Both the position numbers and the translations under genes were made by a program. Shown one piece after another: positions 18,716 to 27,732 of a stretch of DNA of 64,000 bases. The stretch's first letter is position 1. Each line of letters begins with the position of its first letter. The notes beneath the pieces were generated by a model. That model was not told the origin of the DNA and did not search any database. It was given only the letters and a program-made list of their open reading frames with translations. The stretch covers positions 310,001-374,000 of the IMG/VR virus record IMGVR_UViG_3300024239_000011. One strand, written 5' to 3'.

Positions 18716-19063
18716 ATGACGTATCTCGGTGAAATCTTCGAACTACGCGAAGAGCATTTTGCTCTTCTTGCCGGGATGGCGGGCGCGTTGGAGTGGTGTG
18801 AGGAACCCTACGAAGGTATTCCTCTGTTCGACATCAAACGCCCCTACGGTAATTCCGGTCGTGTGGCTATTGCCGCAGATGTAGCGGTACAAGTCGGACA
18901 CGACCGGGAATACGTTGAGGATAACGAAGAGCGCATTGAAGAAATGTTGGCACTGCATCGGGAAACCGCCGATGCACTTCACATCATCCTCACGGTGCGC
19001 AACGCAACCCCCGGAAAATATCGGCGGATATTCCGGAATGAATGGCTACGGGTGGAAGGGTAA
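18716..19063 (+). CDS. Hypothetical protein
   Basis: ORF tiling; DIKRPYGNS motif. Confidence 0.6.
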   Translation: MTYLGEIFELREEHFALLAGMAGALEWCEEPYEGIPLFDIKRPYGNSGRVAIAADVAVQVGHDREYVEDNEERIEEMLALHRETADALHIILTVRNATPGKYRRIFRNEWLRVEG

Positions 19064-19069
19064 TTGGCG

Positions 19070-19417
19070 ATGAGTGACCAGTTCGAGAAGAAAGCCAGTG
19101 ATGTCCTGGCACGGTTCCCCGCTCCGTCCAATTGGGCGGCTGGCGTCAAAGCCCAGCGTCTTGAACTGGCGTTGACCAATGCTCTGCGTGAAACATTTGA
19201 GCAAGGTCGCGCCTCGGTCGGCGGAAACACGGACGGGCTGGTGGCAATTGCCAAAGCAACGAAAAAATTCTTGTTGGCGTTGCATGACTATCGCGAGCGC
19301 CCGCTTGATGAATACAATGTGGCAACCGATGACCGTATTTCCTGTGTTGAAGACCTCGAAGACGAACTGATCGATGTTGTGAATGCCAATAAGCATGTGT
19401 TCGGGGATCACCAATGA
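19070..19417 (+). CDS. Hypothetical protein
   Basis: ORF tiling. Confidence 0.6.
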   Translation: MSDQFEKKASDVLARFPAPSNWAAGVKAQRLELALTNALRETFEQGRASVGGNTDGLVAIAKATKKFLLALHDYRERPLDEYNVATDDRISCVEDLEDELIDVVNANKHVFGDHQ

Positions 19418-19962
19418 TTACGTTCTATACCTCCAAGCCTATTGGAATCTTGAAAAAAGAACGTCCATGGGTACGTTTGACGGTTGATCCTGATCTGGTT
19501 AGTAATCTCGCGACAACATTGAATAACGAGCGAAATATTTCGGCGGATGATCTTATTGCGCGTGCCCGGACATGGCAACGTGACCGCAACTGGGATACTT
19601 TCTTTACTGCGTTTGAATGGCTTGCTTCGTGTGGTGATGATGTTGCTGTTAAACGCGGCGGGTTTCCCAAAAGCTCTCTGTTGTTTTTCTTTCAAGACCC
19701 AAATATCGCCATCAAATTTCGTTTTAAATTTCAAAGCGAATTTGCGGTCGATGGTATTAGTGTGTTGGGCACGGGTAAATTGCGTATCCATGATACCAGC
19801 GAACTAAATTGGGAGCAAACCCAACAGTTTTTTGAGCGTTTTGCGCAAATGTATCCGCAGATGCTTGAACAATGTATTATCGAAGCTATGGGGTCGTCCC
19901 CAAATGATGCCGGTGGGATGAACCCATACGACGCAATCCATGCTGTGGTAGGGGCACGTTAA
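19414..19962 (+). CDS. Hypothetical protein (F..A..F.F family) with degenerate C-terminal tag
   Basis: FFFQDPNIAIKFRFKF; ends NPYDAIHAVVGAR. Confidence 0.6.
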   Translation: MITFYTSKPIGILKKERPWVRLTVDPDLVSNLATTLNNERNISADDLIARARTWQRDRNWDTFFTAFEWLASCGDDVAVKRGGFPKSSLLFFFQDPNIAIKFRFKFQSEFAVDGISVLGTGKLRIHDTSELNWEQTQQFFERFAQMYPQMLEQCIIEAMGSSPNDAGGMNPYDAIHAVVGAR

Positions 19963-19963
19963 T

Positions 19964-20791
19964 ATGAAGTTCAGTTTTAAATGGGAAATGGAGTACCAAG
20001 CCTATAATAGCTGGGCTGGTGGTAACGTGACCTACAACCGGTGGTATGACAAGGACATTGACGCTGAGAATATTACCGAAGCCTATGATATGTTTATGGA
20101 AAAGCGCACCCGCGCTGTCTCTGCCTGGATTTCAATTAAGGATGAAAATGGCATAGAATACTACAACTGCACGGTGAAGGTTATCCGGGGTTACCTGCGC
20201 CCGCGAATTACCGACATGATGGTGATGACCAAGCGTGCCGGGTTTGATGTTCAGCACAGCCCTGATGGGCTTTATAACGCCCTTTCGGGGCGCAAGATTA
20301 AACGGTACGTGGACATTGGCAACGGCTATGTCGTGTCTCCCGCTGACATGAAAGACGTAGTGTTGGAGCGGGTGGCTGCGTATCGGTACGGTAAGGACCG
20401 GGGTACGACAATTCCCTACATGACGTTCGAAGAGATTGTCGCGTATTTCCGCAGCAACCCCAAGGCTGGTATTTGGCGGTCGTCGCGTGATTACACGGTG
20501 ATCTCGGATCAATCCAATGGTCAGTCGGAGATTGGTTTTACCGACCGCACAACCAAGACCGCGTTGCAAGAACTTGGTCATTTGAGCGCCAACACTTACG
20601 GCGGTTTCAAAAATTATTATTCGTGCTACCACTGCATTCCTGAAGGTGAAACGGCGCCCGATGAAGTCGTACCGATGTGGTTGCAGTGCAATCGGGTCGC
20701 ACATAGCATGGCAGCGGCGACGGGGTTGCCCGCCGATATGTTCTCGTCTGAGGCGCTTACGGTAGTCCAGCATCAGAATGGGATGAAGTAA
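19964..20791 (+). CDS. Hypothetical protein
   Basis: 275-aa ORF in the operon direction. Confidence 0.65.
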   Translation: MKFSFKWEMEYQAYNSWAGGNVTYNRWYDKDIDAENITEAYDMFMEKRTRAVSAWISIKDENGIEYYNCTVKVIRGYLRPRITDMMVMTKRAGFDVQHSPDGLYNALSGRKIKRYVDIGNGYVVSPADMKDVVLERVAAYRYGKDRGTTIPYMTFEEIVAYFRSNPKAGIWRSSRDYTVISDQSNGQSEIGFTDRTTKTALQELGHLSANTYGGFKNYYSCYHCIPEGETAPDEVVPMWLQCNRVAHSMAAATGLPADMFSSEALTVVQHQNGMK

Positions 20792-20935
20792 TGACCGATA
20801 AACCCGCCACACAAGCTGCCCATGAGGCGGGAAGTTCGCAATCGGTGGTGACCATTGACAACTTGATGAGGGTCGGGACTTCGGTTCCTGGGTGGTCACC
20901 ATCGAGCGCCGAACACGAACCCAATAGAGGAACAT

Positions 20936-21286
20936 ATGTCTGAAAAACGCAACGTAACGGTGACCGTTTCATCTCAAGCGGGATGTGGCAAGACTGAGGT
21001 CATTTTTCGCATTGCCGATGCATTGCATCACCTCGGCTACGAAGTCGATATGGGCAATGCGCTGGATGAATTGTGCCCGGTTGGGGTCTACGAGCGCATG
21101 CGATATCCACGTGATCTTTCGGAGAAAATTCGGATCATCATGCGTGAGCAGTATAATCGTATTCCCTCGGATAATGCTCGTCTTCAAGCGGAAATCGCGA
21201 CGTTGACCGCGCAACTTCGCGTTGCCAAAGAAGAAGCGGATCATTGGCGATCCAAATACTACGAACCCAATCCCTGCCATTTGTGA
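20936..21286 (+). CDS. Hypothetical protein with P-loop-like N-terminus and coiled coil
   Basis: SQAGCGKT; GAGGA RBS. Confidence 0.55.
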   Translation: MSEKRNVTVTVSSQAGCGKTEVIFRIADALHHLGYEVDMGNALDELCPVGVYERMRYPRDLSEKIRIIMREQYNRIPSDNARLQAEIATLTAQLRVAKEEADHWRSKYYEPNPCHL

Positions 21287-21293
21287 GGGCATC

Positions 21294-21503
21294 ATGGACA
21301 ACAAAACACGACACAGCTTCAAGAAAGCCGAAGAGGGTATGGACCTCACGGAAGATGAGTTGACCAATTTGTATTGTGAGGCACCGATAGTGCTGCGCGA
21401 GCGTGACGGACTGGAAGAAATGCTGTGGAAGATCGCCACCATGCCCGAGCATATCGGCGCTGCCGAACTTCGTCACCTCGCTGGTCGGGCTATCGGTCTG
21501 TAG
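21294..21503 (+). CDS. Hypothetical protein
   Basis: GAGGG RBS before MDNKT. Confidence 0.55.
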   Translation: MDNKTRHSFKKAEEGMDLTEDELTNLYCEAPIVLRERDGLEEMLWKIATMPEHIGAAELRHLAGRAIGL

Positions 21504-21596
21504 TTTTGTGGCAAGAAATACTACGACCATCCACCTGTTATTGGCGCCCTATGGCTGACGAAATGTGATGGTCTGTTGGTAAAATTGTGAGGAACC

Positions 21597-21884
21597 ATGG
21601 GTGTGATTAAAGAAGTAATTATGTATGAAGTTGCAGGCGAAACATTTGCGGATAAAAAACAAGCACTGCGTCATGCTGCTGAATTAAAAATAGCTATTAT
21701 GATACATGACCATACTTTTGGGAATGATCCTTTATTTCGTGGTCGGATCAGCACTGCGGCGCGTGAAATCGCGTCCCATATTGTAGAGATATTCAACTTT
21801 TACAGTGAATCGGGCGAAGCCCTGCCGTTAGTTTCTGATGCATGGGTGATCTGGCAGAAAATTCACAAGGAGTCAAACCAATGA
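21597..21884 (+). CDS. Hypothetical protein
   Basis: GAGGA RBS. Confidence 0.55.
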   Translation: MGVIKEVIMYEVAGETFADKKQALRHAAELKIAIMIHDHTFGNDPLFRGRISTAAREIASHIVEIFNFYSESGEALPLVSDAWVIWQKIHKESNQ

Positions 21885-22123
21885 GCGACAATGTTTCTAC
21901 CGTCCTGGCGCGTGGATATTATCACGTTTGTAATGGCGGGGTAATGGTTGATGTGACTTTGGAGAATGGCATGGTTTCGGTGAATATTGACACCAGCACT
22001 CACGGGTTTGGTGGTCAGTTTAGTTTCAATCTTCCGAACCCCACGGAAGGGCTTGCTATGCTCGCGAAGGTATTCACTGACGCAGCAACAAATTATGAAA
22101 CTCGGAAACCTGACGATGAATAA
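21881..22123 (+). CDS. Hypothetical protein
   Basis: AAGGAG RBS, ATGA overlap. Confidence 0.55.
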   Translation: MSDNVSTVLARGYYHVCNGGVMVDVTLENGMVSVNIDTSTHGFGGQFSFNLPNPTEGLAMLAKVFTDAATNYETRKPDDE

Positions 22124-22328
22124 TTATCAGCGATACGTTATTGTACAACAAGGAGACGCATACCAGTTCTTTTACAATGCAAAAACGTTTCGTTGGACTA
22201 AAGGGATTGACAATGCGTCGTTCCACTCGTTGGAAGCTGCTAAAAAACAGGTAGATTTCTGGAAAGAGCATCGTATTGCTGATCTTTGTGACGCGGTGGT
22301 GATGAAGGTTGAATGCCATGACTTATAA
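22116..22328 (+). CDS. Hypothetical protein
   Basis: Overlap-coupled ORF. Confidence 0.5.
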   Translation: MNNYQRYVIVQQGDAYQFFYNAKTFRWTKGIDNASFHSLEAAKKQVDFWKEHRIADLCDAVVMKVECHDL

Positions 22329-22542
22329 GATCGACGGTGAACGCCCCAAATGGGGAACTCACCCTATCCGGTGTGGAAAACCCCGTTGCACATGGCGTGG
22401 TCATGAAACCGATCTTCTGTTGGTTACCGATGACGAAATCGGTGGCGAAGTGTATACGTGTCCAAAGTGCGGCAACAACGATTACATGTTCATGACCGAG
22501 CGCGAAATTGCCGCGTGGAACCGTAAAAAGGGTACAGTATGA
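22318..22542 (+). CDS. Small zinc-ribbon protein
   Basis: CGKPRC and CPKCG. Confidence 0.6.
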   Translation: MTYKIDGERPKWGTHPIRCGKPRCTWRGHETDLLLVTDDEIGGEVYTCPKCGNNDYMFMTEREIAAWNRKKGTV

Positions 22543-22919
22543 GCGGGCATCTTCTTGAAATCCAGGCGCGTCGTCTCTTAAAAATGCCGGAAGATTGGCT
22601 GGCGCACAAATGGGAGAAGGTCGGGAACGGCTTTCTGGTGTCCGGGTGCGTATGCACCGAGGTATACAAGCGCGGTCCCCGTAAAGGACAGCCGAACTTC
22701 TCAAAGCGCGACAAGACCACCGACATGGTGGCGGTAATCTCGTATGAGGCTGCTGATGCGTTCAGGCTCGAATGGGAACAGGAAACCGAGCTGTGCAGCC
22801 GGTGCATGGGTAAGAAGCAAATCGTCAACGCATGGCATCATATCAACGGCACAACCTATCGCGATTGCCCGCGTTGCAAAGGCACCGGACAGGCGCCCGT
22901 ATCGGAGGAAGCGGCATAA
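22539..22919 (+). CDS. Hypothetical protein with DnaJ-type CxxCxGxG zinc finger
   Basis: CSRCMGKK..CPRCKGTG. Confidence 0.65.
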   Translation: MSGHLLEIQARRLLKMPEDWLAHKWEKVGNGFLVSGCVCTEVYKRGPRKGQPNFSKRDKTTDMVAVISYEAADAFRLEWEQETELCSRCMGKKQIVNAWHHINGTTYRDCPRCKGTGQAPVSEEAA

Positions 22920-23119
22920 TGGTTGAAGTCGTAGGTAAAGATACGCGGAACATGAAGGAGATTACCTGCTCCCATTGTTCCTCCGTCCTCCGCTATAACC
23001 CGGTTGATATCAAGACCGGGAAAGTATCCGATCCGTGGGATCATCGGATGTGTGCTGAAACCGTTGAATATCGGTTCATCATCTGCCCATCTTGTACAAA
23101 TCAAGTTGGTATCAAATGA
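22919..23119 (+). CDS. Small zinc-ribbon protein
   Basis: CSHC..CPSC. Confidence 0.6.
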   Translation: MVEVVGKDTRNMKEITCSHCSSVLRYNPVDIKTGKVSDPWDHRMCAETVEYRFIICPSCTNQVGIK

Positions 23120-23349
23120 CCAATGATATATGGCAATCCATGGATACCGCCCCGAAAACCCTTCATGGGTTTCGGGCGCTGATGGCAGATGACACGATTC
23201 ACGAGGACGTGCATTGGGCAGAAGACATGAGCGGATCGGATCAGCCGCCGTTTCGGGGATGGTTTATTCCCGTGGTTCAGGACGGGAAGGTGGTTCGCTT
23301 TCAAGAGATTGAAACCCCGGCTAAGTGGATGCCCCGGAAGGATACGTAA
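23116..23349 (+). CDS. Hypothetical phage protein (WQSMDTAPK..WMP type)
   Basis: Common phage WQxxxTAPK start and WMP end. Confidence 0.6.
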   Translation: MTNDIWQSMDTAPKTLHGFRALMADDTIHEDVHWAEDMSGSDQPPFRGWFIPVVQDGKVVRFQEIETPAKWMPRKDT

Positions 23350-23685
23350 ATGTACACGGTCACCATCAAGGTAAAACACCGGGAAATCATTGGTCGGGAA
23401 TACTTCTTCGCGTCTCGGACCACGGTGATTCAAACCGAGGTTCCGATTATTAAGGGGTCAACGATTCTGTATCAGGGCAACCGTTACCGGATACCAGAGG
23501 ACGCCAATATAGAAATTGATGGGTCTGCTTACTTGGTTGAGTATGACCTGTACAAATTGGAAATGTCCGGGTGGTCCGCCGAGATGATCGCATCCAACTT
23601 CCCGGAACCCCAGTGGGTAGTTGCTCGATCCAAAATCTGCGATGTCCCGGACAAAAAACCAAAAAAAAGCTGGCTATTCTTCTAG
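23350..23685 (+). CDS. Hypothetical protein
   Basis: ORF tiling. Confidence 0.55.
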   Translation: MYTVTIKVKHREIIGREYFFASRTTVIQTEVPIIKGSTILYQGNRYRIPEDANIEIDGSAYLVEYDLYKLEMSGWSAEMIASNFPEPQWVVARSKICDVPDKKPKKSWLFF

Positions 23686-23695
23686 GAGATTACGG

Positions 23696-24010
23696 ATGTT
23701 TTCTAAAGCCCAAATCCAAGCCCTCGAAGATTTCATTGAGGCGAAAATCCGCGATCAAAATTCTCGTGATGTGGAAGATTCCATCTATCTGTCACGGTGC
23801 CGCGATGACCTCATGGAAGCCCTTGGGATTACGGAACCTGATATAACGCTCGAACAGATTGAACGGATTGACGAACTACGGCGTATTGTGTCAGGTATGG
23901 AAATCCCCATCAAGGTACCGACCGAACATGCTGCTGCCGGGGCTTATCTGATGGCATTGGTGTCCGCCGCGCCGGAACTGTTGAGCGCGGCCAAACGCGG
24001 TCTTTCGTAA
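23696..24010 (+). CDS. Hypothetical protein
   Basis: AGGAG RBS; C-terminal SAAPELL motif common in phage proteins. Confidence 0.55.
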   Translation: MFSKAQIQALEDFIEAKIRDQNSRDVEDSIYLSRCRDDLMEALGITEPDITLEQIERIDELRRIVSGMEIPIKVPTEHAAAGAYLMALVSAAPELLSAAKRGLS

Positions 24011-24035
24011 TGTTCATTCAGAAGGAAAGTTACAA

Positions 24036-24875
24036 ATGACCTCAATTTTTACCATTGATGTTGAGCGCATACAAATACAAAAGTACAGATTAACACAACA
24101 TCCGTTACTCCATGGTAATTATTACCTACGGACGATTGATGATTTGCGACTGTTCATGGAACACCATGTATGGTGTGTGTGGGACTTTATGAGCTTGTTA
24201 AAGACATTACAGGTAAATGTTGCACCTTCCTGTAATATATGGACACCAAAACGCAATATACCAAGTGAAGCTGTTCGGTTAATAAACGAAATCGTTTTGT
24301 GTGAAGAAAGTGACATTACTCCGGTTGAAAACCAGTACATGAGCCATTTCGATTTGTATTTGACTGCCATGCGTGAAATTGGTGCTAATTATACTCACGT
24401 ATTGACTTTTACTAAACGGCTCCACGAGCATCTGGAAAATAATAATTTTGATGAAAATACATGGAAGACTTTTCACGAATCTAATCCAGATATAATTTCA
24501 ACAATCCCGCCTGCTGCGTTGCGCTTTGTGACAAATACCATGAAGTGGTGTTTAGTGCCACATCACGCAGCCGCAGCTTTTTGCTATGGACGCGAAACAA
24601 TTATTCCAGCCATGTTTCAGAATTTGCTTCGGCAATTGAATATTGGGAGTCACAAGGCTCCATTTTTTCATTTTTATCTTGAGCGTCATATTCAAGTAGA
24701 TGGTGAAGAACACGGAAATGCCGCCGAACGACTTATTACAATTTTGTGCGGTAATGATCCTCACAAAATACTTGAAGCAGAGAAAATTGCATTAGATGCA
24801 ATAGAAACTCGTTTTCAATTATGGTCAGATGTAGAAAAATTATTGATAAAAAATATTCGTCAAACCGTACTATGA
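24036..24875 (+). CDS. DUF3050-family heme-oxygenase-like protein
   Basis: FMEHHVWCVWDFMSLLK, INEIVLCEESD, SHFDLY, GRETIIP, YLERHIQVDGEEHG. Confidence 0.85.
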   Translation: MTSIFTIDVERIQIQKYRLTQHPLLHGNYYLRTIDDLRLFMEHHVWCVWDFMSLLKTLQVNVAPSCNIWTPKRNIPSEAVRLINEIVLCEESDITPVENQYMSHFDLYLTAMREIGANYTHVLTFTKRLHEHLENNNFDENTWKTFHESNPDIISTIPPAALRFVTNTMKWCLVPHHAAAAFCYGRETIIPAMFQNLLRQLNIGSHKAPFFHFYLERHIQVDGEEHGNAAERLITILCGNDPHKILEAEKIALDAIETRFQLWSDVEKLLIKNIRQTVL

Positions 24876-24882
24876 GGTTCCT

Positions 24883-25197
24883 ATGATAACAGTTCGCATT
24901 CCCGGTGTAAGAACCGAGGAAGAATGGCGTACAGTTGCCATTTCCGATAATATTGAAATATTGTCGAATGTTTCGTGGGAGCAAGAAGAAGGGCGACGCC
25001 AATTTTTGCGTCTTTGGCAGTATCTTCTAAAAGGATGCCTCTTTGACTTTTATAGCATTACATCTTCAAGTGGTAAAGTAATTATTACTGCCATCAATCC
25101 TAATTGGTTTGATTTTGTAATTGAGACTGTACCGGATAAACATATGGTTGATTTTTTTGAAGATCAACGCGAAGCAGCAAATCGCTGTCTCGATTAA
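24883..25197 (+). CDS. Hypothetical protein (paralog of next gene)
   Basis: Shared ILSN..W..G..FV..PD..MVDFFE.QR. Confidence 0.6.
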   Translation: MITVRIPGVRTEEEWRTVAISDNIEILSNVSWEQEEGRRQFLRLWQYLLKGCLFDFYSITSSSGKVIITAINPNWFDFVIETVPDKHMVDFFEDQREAANRCLD

Positions 25198-25215
25198 TAT
25201 CAAACGGTTGGTGCT

Positions 25216-25497
25216 ATGGAAAATGATCTAAATTCCTATGAGGGGAAGGTAGACTTCCTTTCTAACGACCCCGATGAGCTTGCTTGTGCAAAGAAAGAAT
25301 GGGACATCTTCTGGCAATCTCTGATTGCTGGAACGGTACATGATAACTATAATTTTCATAATGATGCCCATGGACGTATTCTGATAATCCCGCGTAACGG
25401 CGACTTGATGACGTTCGTGGTCGATAAACGCCCAGACGAAAACATGGTTGATTTCTTTGAAGCGCAACGCCAAGAGGCGATCCGCGATCTCGACTAA
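25216..25497 (+). CDS. Hypothetical protein (paralog of previous gene)
   Basis: Same motifs as the previous gene. Confidence 0.6.
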   Translation: MENDLNSYEGKVDFLSNDPDELACAKKEWDIFWQSLIAGTVHDNYNFHNDAHGRILIIPRNGDLMTFVVDKRPDENMVDFFEAQRQEAIRDLD

Positions 25498-25503
25498 AGG
25501 CAT

Positions 25504-25531
25504 CCTTCGCTAAATATTCGGTTAGCGAGGG
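25504..25531 (+). promoter_or_regulatory. Late promoter with RBS-sequestering hairpin
   Basis: ccttcgctaa / ttagcgaggg inverted repeat overlapping CTAAATA and the RBS. Confidence 0.6.
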
Positions 25532-25539
25532 AAATTGTC

Positions 25540-26079
25540 ATGTCAAATGATTTTCGTAAATGGATGAGCATTATTTCCGAGGGTGAGGTCGTCCCATTCG
25601 GGAAGAAACCCCCATTATCACCCCTCATGCAGGCGATGCGAGAAGACCCGCCTATCGAACATGAGAGTATTGAGGTTGTTGAGCGCCATTGGCATCAACC
25701 GACCATCCAAATTGTATGGAACGATCATGGGTTTGTCGCCAACATCACCAAAGAAACCGTGCTTGCACTGATGCGGTTGGCTGATAACCAGTCGGTTGTA
25801 GTAGAAGACTTACTCACTACGTCATACAAACGCGAAAAGAAAACCCACAACGACTACAAATACAAAATTACGCGCAAGGGTGCGACGTTCGTATTTCAGC
25901 CAAGCTATTGGTCAACCGAAATGGGTGGAGAACGCACGCAGAAATTCGTAGCAAGTGAATATTCGGTTCCGCGCTACGACTTGGCCACTAGTACACAAAA
26001 ACTAAAAACGTACAGGTCTAGCTACAAAATTAAGGATTTACCACTTAAGCAACCAGTTATACCATTTACATCAGAATAA
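25540..26079 (+). CDS. Late protein, possible internal head protein
   Basis: Late promoter; N-terminus MSNDFRKWMSIISE resembles capsid-targeting leaders ending in E. Confidence 0.5.
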   Translation: MSNDFRKWMSIISEGEVVPFGKKPPLSPLMQAMREDPPIEHESIEVVERHWHQPTIQIVWNDHGFVANITKETVLALMRLADNQSVVVEDLLTTSYKREKKTHNDYKYKITRKGATFVFQPSYWSTEMGGERTQKFVASEYSVPRYDLATSTQKLKTYRSSYKIKDLPLKQPVIPFTSE

Positions 26080-26168
26080 AGAAAGGGGGCATTAAGCCCC
26101 CTTTCGTGTAGATGCGGCGCAAATGTTTATCACCTCCTAAAGGAATTATCCGGCACCGCCATCTGAGG
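26075..26168 (-). ncRNA. Candidate sRNA displaying a perfect Shine-Dalgarno sequence
   Basis: Minus-strand TTGACC-17-TAACTT promoter (26202-26174); stem 26153-26164 with 26110-26120 enclosing AGGAGGTGAT; terminator 26081-26105 with U tail. Confidence 0.5.
26081..26105. terminator. Bidirectional intrinsic terminator
   Basis: gaaagggggc-attaa-gccccctttc. Confidence 0.8.
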
Positions 26169-26290
26169 ATTCAAAGTTACTGTACCATTACTATCCGGTC
26201 AATTTAAAAGTATTTTACGTCGAAACTAAATACATTAAGCACGACCATCCACGTAGTGGGGCGTGCTTTTGTTTTTTTTGGGGAAGTGTT

Positions 26291-26632
26291 ATGTACGATC
26301 AGAACGAAGTAAATCATCAGCAGGTTCTTGATGACCTCACGGTACTCTCTCAAATCAGCGGTAATATTCGACCGGAAATACGCCTACATGCGATAAGCCA
26401 TATCGATTACGATTCCAATGTATATGCGAATATGGGTAATGTTCACCTAGGTTCCCAAATGGAAACAGAAAGCAACCACAATTGGCATAATTGGGTTGAC
26501 CATCTTGATGGGAAAAATGACACCCATCGTAGTATGGAAGGTTGGATTGCGAGTGATCTTACGGGCGCGTCCACCCATCGAATTGATTTCGATGATTCTG
26601 ACGCGGGACGTGTTGAGAAATTGACGTGGTAA
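26291..26632 (+). CDS. Hypothetical protein
   Basis: ORF after CTAAATA and a hairpin/poly-T leader. Confidence 0.45.
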   Translation: MYDQNEVNHQQVLDDLTVLSQISGNIRPEIRLHAISHIDYDSNVYANMGNVHLGSQMETESNHNWHNWVDHLDGKNDTHRSMEGWIASDLTGASTHRIDFDDSDAGRVEKLTW

Positions 26633-26655
26633 TAGGAATAAAACGCCCACTACTC

Positions 26656-26684
26656 TTGACAATTTAGACATGTATTGGTACATT
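26656..26684 (+). promoter_or_regulatory. Sigma70-type promoter
   Basis: TTGACA-17-TACATT. Confidence 0.65.
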
Positions 26685-26709
26685 GGGCATCGCAGCAAGG
26701 AAACCAACC

Positions 26710-26964
26710 ATGTTCACGACCAGCATGTTCCACTACGATGCCAATCGCAAAGTTCTGTCGTGCTATGCGAGCGAACTGGGCATGATCCGGTTCCCGGAAA
26801 CGATCACCATTACCAGCGACCAAACCGGTCAGAAGGTGACGTTCACTGCGGACAAGGAAGCTGCTATCGCCGCCGAGTTCTGGGATGGCGAGTTGATGGA
26901 GTACGTGCCGGTTCAGGACGGTACTCCGATCAACGCCGAACGTCTGGTGATTATGGCGGGGTAA
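26710..26964 (+). CDS. Hypothetical protein
   Basis: AAGGA RBS downstream of the promoter. Confidence 0.6.
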   Translation: MFTTSMFHYDANRKVLSCYASELGMIRFPETITITSDQTGQKVTFTADKEAAIAAEFWDGELMEYVPVQDGTPINAERLVIMAG

Positions 26965-26967
26965 CGC

Positions 26968-27732
26968 TCACCATTGAAAATGGTATGTTTTGAAAAACGC
27001 CCGCCAATGTGTGCATTCATTGGCGGCGAAAGTTTCGCGCATGAACAAGTAGTTTCCGGTGGATGTTGATAGGTAATGCGCCGGGGCGTCGAACTGGATG
27101 CCCATGGCGATATCCTCCATTCCTTTGTACAAGACTGAGACGATATTCGTGGGTACACGCTCGTCTTCAATGACATACATACTGTCGTTGATGATAAAGG
27201 AAACCGGTTTCCCACCGAACGAGACATCAGACACGGCACACATAGCACTCGTGGTTCTGCGTTCGAATAAGTCGAGTGCGGTAGCATGATTCATCATGAC
27301 CACATTACCACGACCTCGGCGCGTTTTTGCGGCGCACAAGTTTCCGCCTCGATTTATGATGATGAACGGTGAAACACCATCGCCCCCGCAAAAGGTAAAT
27401 TTTCGCGGTGAATAATAGGCTGTCAGGTCAACTGCCTCTGGGTCAGCCGTGATAAGGCTGATAAAGTATTTCTCTGCTTCAGCTAGATCGGTTACTTTGA
27501 CCCACGTGCCTTTTCCATCAAACGGGCGACACACATCCATGCGCAGTTTGATCGTTGGGCGAGGCGCATCCGGTGCATATGCTTTGGTAATGAACCAAGC
27601 TGTATACTGACGCTCGAATTCGGTTGTCGGATTTGTTGGTGGTTGTGGGTATTCCCGTGGCGTTTGATCTACCATGGTCACCAATGCCGATACCGTGTCT
27701 CCGGTATGGATACCAAGAAATGGATGCTGCAT
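26968..27732 (-). CDS. Truncated, divergent major-capsid (gp23-family)-like protein
   Basis: INRGGNLCAAKTRRGRGNVVMM and VSVLYKG..DA resemble gp23 ANxIAxxTRRGKGN and VGYKG..DAG. Confidence 0.6.
   Translation of the reverse strand: MQHPFLGIHTGDTVSALVTMVDQTPREYPQPPTNPTTEFERQYTAWFITKAYAPDAPRPTIKLRMDVCRPFDGKGTWVKVTDLAEAEKYFISLITADPEAVDLTAYYSPRKFTFCGGDGVSPFIIINRGGNLCAAKTRRGRGNVVMMNHATALDLFERRTTSAMCAVSDVSFGGKPVSFIINDSMYVIEDERVPTNIVSVLYKGMEDIAMGIQFDAPAHYLSTSTGNYLFMRETFAANECTHWRAFFKTYHFQW

Noticed and set aside
20860-20892. Hammerhead ribozyme (ttgatgag near a stem)
   Set aside because: Lacks the exact CUGAUGA and the GAAA core.
24883-25497. MVDFFE.QR C-termini as members of the DYL tag family
   Set aside because: Shared only because the two genes are paralogs. 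They lack the I-x-x-V-V hydrophobic register.
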